Of a stretch of DNA of 64,000 nucleotides, positions 57,871-64,000 are shown in pieces. The stretch comes from Eledone cirrhosa (lineage: Eukaryota). A model generated the notes under the pieces. That model ran no database searches. It had not been told where the DNA came from and worked only from the letters and a program-made list of their open reading frames with translations. The DNA lies in NCBI GenBank assembly GCA_964016885.1, contig OZ024742.1:90458001-90522000 (forward strand), in the 5' to 3' direction. Numbering within the stretch: the first letter of the stretch is position 1; every line of letters starts with the position of its first letter. The translations under genes and the position numbers were made by a program.

Positions 57871-58611
57871 TCCTGGTTAAAGGAGGGCAGCGGGACTTGT
57901 ATCATAGGCACAATGTCACAAATTATTTCAGGAGAAGGTCTAATAGATTGTATTGACGCGTGCATTTATAAGGTGCTCTAGTTTATCGACCTTAAAATGA
58001 ACAAATCAAAAATTAATCGCCGAGGATTTGAAGTTGGAATATATGAAACGTAACTAAATTCGCTGTAAATATTTTACCTTAAAACTGCCAAATCTGTTAT
58101 TCTCTACTGTTTTTTTTTTAAATAATAACAATTATGATTTTTTAAAATGTACAATGCCTGCCATACCATTTTTAGTAACACTTAAAAAACATTTTAAAAT
58201 TGGTAAATAAAAAAAAATGAATGCATAAGATGTTCCTGTTTCAGGCCGTTATGAAAAGGATGGTAGTTTTTCTTTAACGATAACCCTACTCGATGGCCTC
58301 ACTAGCCTGATTAGCGCATTCTCAATAATGAACCACTTCATTCTATTTCTAATAACTTTTTATTTTCTTCTTTGTAAATAGCGTATCATGTTTTTATACA
58401 CCTTTTTTATATTTTAATTTCATACACGACTTGTCAAATAAATGTTTTAGGGAGGTAATATCTATTGATTCCAGTACTTGACTGGTATTCTATTTCTTCG
58501 ACACCTGAAGGGTGGGAGGCATAGTCGATTCCAGTGAGATTTTAACTCAGTATATAAAACAAAGCAAATAATTACTGCAAAGCATTATTTTTTACCCTCC
58601 TAATTGTTATA

Positions 58612-58803
58612 GATTGGCAGAATTGGTAGAGCATCGGACATCCTGTTTCGCGGCATAGAGTTACGGCCCTTTACATTCTGAGTTCAAATCCCGCCGAGGT
58701 TAGCTTTGCCTTTCATCCTTACGGGGTTGATAAAATAAAGTACCAATCACGCACTGGGGTCAATTTAATCTTGTTGGCCTTGTGCCTAAATCAGAAACCA
58801 TTA
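58612..58803 (+). mobile_element. Meta-domain-type SINE
   Basis: Consensus match; an older inverted copy lies at 58440-58560. Confidence 0.8.
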
Positions 58804-59462
58804 TATCTGACCCCCCTACCAATTTTGTCATCCACCACCTTTATAAATAATATCTTCAGCAACATAAATAACAATCCATCTAAACAAAAAAAAAAATATA
58901 TATATATTAAAATGAGGGGAAAATCTAAAAGCATTGAAAAACAAAATGAAATGAAATTGAACAGAACGGAATGGAAGTTGTCTCCACTCACAAAGGAACT
59001 AACTGACAATACTTTATTAAACAACACCTCCCCAGAAATCTATGTATCTATCTATACCTCTAACTATCTATTTGTCTACTTATCTGCCTTGCTATTCGAG
59101 AAACTTTTCCCGATTGGTCCTGGCTGGCAGTGTCGCCTCTGTGTATTCGGACTTACGTCAAATTTCGACAACCACAAATCCGCTTAAAAAGAAACTTGCA
59201 TTGTCATTTTTATTTCATTCAGCGCTTCTTTCATTCAGTCCGCTTTCTCAAATTTTTCCCTCTTCTCTCTGTTGTCTGCCTATTTCAAACATTTTTTTGT
59301 AATGTATTGCTTTTTTATATTTCATTTTTATCTATTTGTTTGTTTATGTTTTATTTATTTTTTATTTTTCGTGGGGATGGGTGGAATGTCTCCAGGTTCC
59401 ATAATCTTATCTTCTAGTCTTTTACAAATACCAGAATTGCAACCGAGCCTGTCTGATGGTAT

Positions 59463-59577
59463 TTACTTTGATGAAACGAACGTTCTTTCCTTCCAGTGAC
59501 CGTTTTTGGTAGTTGTTCCGTCGTCATTTAAGCTGCTTTCCAACGTCACACAGCAAATGTCCAACTTGGAAGAGAAA
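59463..59577 (-). other. Possible terminal coding exon of a minus-strand host gene (weak)
   Basis: Branch-like tctaat plus tgcttttAG acceptor, then 37 open codons (FSSKLDICCVTLESSLNDDGTTTKNGHWKERTFVSSK*), in sequence not seen repeated elsewhere in the window, with AATAAA downstream. No recognisable homology. Confidence 0.2.
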
Positions 59578-59646
59578 CTAAAAGCATATATTAGAATCTA
59601 TCTTTCTCCATATATTTTCTTTCTCTCGTTTTTTTTTTCGTCATAC

Positions 59647-59677
<31 letters not shown>

Positions 59678-59746
59678 TGTATGTATGTATGTATGTATGT
59701 ATGTATGTATGTATGTATGTATGTATGTATGTATGTAGGTAGATGC

Positions 59747-59818
<72 letters not shown>

Positions 59819-59979
59819 TATATATATATATATATTGAAATACGTAAATATGTACATACCATTCATCAACATATATATTTATACATACAGAGAAAAAGAG
59901 AGAAAGAGAATATATGCAAGTGTGTATCTGTACATGTGTTTGTCTGTGCGTGTGGGCATATGTGTGTGTGTATGCGTGG

Positions 59980-60078
<99 letters not shown>

Positions 60079-60810
60079 ACTGATTCTCCCATCTTTTTCA
60101 AAATGACTGCGAATGTCTTTGGTTAGTGCAGTGTTGCTGTTCCGAATAATATTCTTTAAATTGTTTTATAATTTTGTGGGACTGTTGTCAATTATTCCTA
60201 CAAATGAGTTTTCAGGCCCTTCTATTTACAGTATTTTTTCAGTCGCTTTCTCTCATGAATATATGATTGCTTTCAATCACATATGCACACTAAAATAAGC
60301 ATACACAAACACGCGGGCATACACACATGCTCATATAAATACATATATCATAAATATAGATCAAAATATAATTATTTCAATCATATTACACCATAAATAG
60401 CTCAATTCATATACAGGCGAGAAACCATATTTTGCAGAGCTTCAATTAAACAAATTATATTTAGGTATAATTATATATTAAAAGTTAGTATTGAAAGCAA
60501 AAAAATACATTGTGAAAGAAAAACAATTTTACTTACAATATATATGTACATATAAACCCCTTATGCATACACACGGACATCTTTCCCTAGTTTGAACGAA
60601 TATATAAGGGTGATGATGGAGCGAAGGAAGTACATCACGTGGTCGGTATATCAGGTTCAAAAGAATAAATTCTACATGTATTGAGTACGTTTTCAGGTTT
60701 ATACATACACTGTATAATACACACTCACACAAATATATATGAGTATGTATTGATATATTTATTTACGTGTATGTATGTAAGCGTAATTTATATATATATA
60801 TATATACATA

Positions 60811-60921
<111 letters not shown>

Positions 60922-60963
60922 GGAGAGAGAGAAAGAGATAGATAGATAGGTAGGTAGATAGAT

Positions 60964-61014
<51 letters not shown>

Positions 61015-61473
61015 AAAGAATTCGAAAACGCAATTGTAATCTTTAAGAAGTTTTATTTACAATCATTTATAACTTTACCGGTTTCACTCGCGAGTGGTCA
61101 CACATCTCGCCAACTCTCTTAACGTTTTTAAAATCACGAAACTTGTAAAACCTACAGAATTATAAATTATTGTAAAGAAAACTTCTTATAGAATCCAATT
61201 GCATCTTCAACTTATTTTTCCTATTTTTCCTATTTTTCCTATTTTTCCTATTTTTCCTCTTTTTCCTCTTTTTCCTATTTTTTTCCCCTATATAGTCTCT
61301 ATCTGATCCGGTTGGACGCCCAAGCGTGACCAGCCAAGTTTATGAATATATATATATATATAAAACTTAAAACCAAAACTGAATACTAACCAATACTATT
61401 ACTAATTCTCACTTATTCCTAATTAAACTATTTTCCACTGTGAACAATTTGTCAGCATTTTCTTTTCCGTTTA

Positions 61474-61573
<100 letters not shown>

Positions 61574-61724
61574 TTAGTCTAATTTGCATAACCATCATTT
61601 AAATAATTAGATGGTGTAAACGCTATCAACTATTTCTGAGTAGACAAAAGAATGTAATGAATTATTCTTATGCCTAATGCTATTGAATATTCTTTCGTAC
61701 AGGAATCATATTTGTAGATATTAT

Positions 61725-62280
61725 GTGGATTGGCAGTATCGGTGGAGGGTCGGACGCCATGCTTTCCAGCATAGTTATGTCCCTTTACGATCTGAGTTCA
61801 AATCCCGCCGAGGTTGACTTTGCCTTTCATCCTTACGGGGTCGATAAAATAAAGTACCAGTAATGCACTGGGTAATTGCTGGCCTTGTGCCTAAAGTAGA
61901 AACAATTATATGATGAGCATCAGACACCATGCTTTGCAGCATTGACTTATGGCCCTTTATGTTATGAGTTCAAATCCCGCTGAGCTTAATTTTATCCATC
62001 ATCCTTACGGGATTGATAAAATAATGCACCAGTAATGCACTGAGATAATTGCTGGCCTAGTGCCGAAAGTAGAAACAATTATATGATGAGACAACAATAA
62101 AATTTGAAATGCAGTTATAAAATTAATTCCTTAAGATTTTATTATTATATGTTAACCCAGGGTGGCGGATTGGCAGTAATAAGGCATCGGGCATACTTTG
62201 CTGCATAGACTTACGAGTTCAAATCCCGCCAAGATTATATTTGAGGTTCAATAAAATAAAGATTTGTTGGCCTTGATATA
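61725..62280 (+). mobile_element. Cluster of three tandem Meta-domain-type SINEs
   Basis: Consensus copies at 61725-61910, 61915-62085 and 62161-62275; another at 63140-63275. Confidence 0.8.
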
Positions 62281-62710
62281 ATGACAGGCCATGATTACAT
62301 GTTAGCCTCTCTTTCTGCCGTTGTCGGATCGGATAGGGCAGAAGAAAATACCTGTGTGAGAACGTTAAGTTAACAAAATAAGTGAAAGACATTAAAATTG
62401 AGTCAAAACCTATTGAACTTCAATAGCTTTTCGTGCAATCATCGGTTATTTCGTATTTTTATCTTTGTTTTTATTATGTATGTTATCTGACGATAAGAGC
62501 ACATATGGCATTGAGTCTTTCTTCTTTGTCTCTAAATTAGTTTTCTTTTATTTTTTTCTCAATTCACAATATTTATCTCTAGAGTACTCCAAGCTGTCGA
62601 AGACTATTGAAGCTTACACTGTTAACTTAATCCCTTATGTGTCTAGGAGAAAGCAAGGCCAATGATGTATAATAAAAGCGCGTGCACACACCCACACTCA
62701 CACATATATG

Positions 62711-62771
<61 letters not shown>

Positions 62772-62792
62772 ATATATGCATACACACACTCA

Positions 62793-62862
<70 letters not shown>

Positions 62863-64000
62863 TACCGATTTTAGGAATGCTTATGTCATACAAACAAACC
62901 ACCCTCAATATTCAACATTTACAACTACATTGAAGTGGAAGATGGTATGTCTATCTAAACTAAAGCTATATCATCTTAGCGACGTCTTTCTAAAGCAATT
63001 TAAATTCATGATACCATTAATTTTAGTTCAAATTTATTTGTTTCATACACGAGAATATACGGTATGTTGTCTTTGTCGATTTTGCAAATTATAATCATTA
63101 GCAGTGATTTAGTGATGCTCAAGTTTTGTTCGGTTTGCTATTTGAACATCGGATAGGGTGCTTTCTGGCTTTCTTTCCGGCTCTCTGTTGTCTGAGTTCC
63201 AATCCAACCGAGGTCAACTTTGCCTTTCATCCTTTCGAGGTCGATAAAAAAAGTACCAGTCTAGAACTGGGCTTGATTCTTTCTCTATATATCTTTTCCT
63301 TTATGTCACTTTCTATCATTCTCTGGAAGAAATTTGCTGTACTCAGGTCTGGAAAGGGGTGGGCTCTGTCAAGCTTAAAATGTCCAAGAAACGCCATATG
63401 CTACTATGGCGCCTCTACAAACAAGGTACGGAACTAAAGAAGAAAGAAAAATATTTGTTTGAGTATTCTTGTTGTTTAGCCTCAAGTCAATCTAGATCAA
63501 GTGGAACTATAATCATATGCACTCCAATCTTGAACATTTGGCTTTTTACGGAGAGTCAATATTATTCAAAAACATAAGAATATCATTTCAGAGGGATTTG
63601 TATCTGTTTCGTGGAGATCGATCTTCCACGGAGAGTTGCTTAACTTGGTTTGTGATTTGATATAAAATATTAATGTGAAAGACATGACTTACAAAGGGCA
63701 ACACTGTATGTTGTCGACGGAGTCACAGCGACGACATGATTTAACTGCTACTATTGACGAATACATGTATTGGCAACACTTGGCTGGTTTCTTTTCTTAT
63801 ATATTAATTTACTTATTTAATTACTTATTTATTTATTTATTTCATTTTCTCTCTCACTCTCTCTTCTATTCTCTATCACTCTTTCTATTTCATCCGGTCA
63901 CATATCATGCTTCCCCTTTCCCTCTCATACTACTACAACTAGTTGCAATTTAAATTAACTCTACACAAATACACACACAATCACCCATTCAACCAAGACC

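Noticed and set aside
61214-61292. (tttttccta)n as a telomere-like repeat
   Set aside because: It is a short 9-bp minisatellite unrelated to TTAGGG.
63295-63450. Exon-like segment (tactcAG..caag|GTacgg on plus, or a strong minus-strand acceptor)
   Set aside because: Mixed-frame translation resembles a decayed RTE C-terminal region (W.G.V.KM...LL...QG), and the minus-strand frames close within about 20 codons.

Overview
This is repeat-dense, AT-rich animal genomic DNA, most likely from an octopus/cephalopod (inferred from abundant Meta-domain and CORE-type tRNA-derived SINEs and very dense TA/CA/TATG/TATC microsatellites). No host gene can be called with confidence. The dominant feature is a young, intact Penelope-like element (PLE) insertion at 4758-17072 inside a (TA)n tract. 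It has an inverted ~725-bp pseudo-LTR, then ~2.8 head-to-tail units of 4124 bp (two intact 1209-aa RT + GIY-YIG ORFs with a ~160-aa Asn-rich insert), a hammerhead-ribozyme-like motif in every pLTR, and a 43-nt unpaired 3' tail. The second major feature is a Tx1/L1-clade LINE stacked head-to-tail in (TATC)n tracts (27.8-36.8 kb plus strand, 42.4-44.1 kb minus strand), including one full-length decayed copy whose ORF1-ORF2 spacer looks like an in-frame mini-intron. Also present are a CRE-clade RLE retrotransposon 3' end with a 29-bp tandem tail, a Helitron PIF1 helicase relic and Helitron-like termini, RTE relics, a bipartite RTE-derived short element, and several small fold-back insertions in (TA)n that repeat the PLE architecture in miniature. 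Family and clade names come from motif recognition only; no database search was run.
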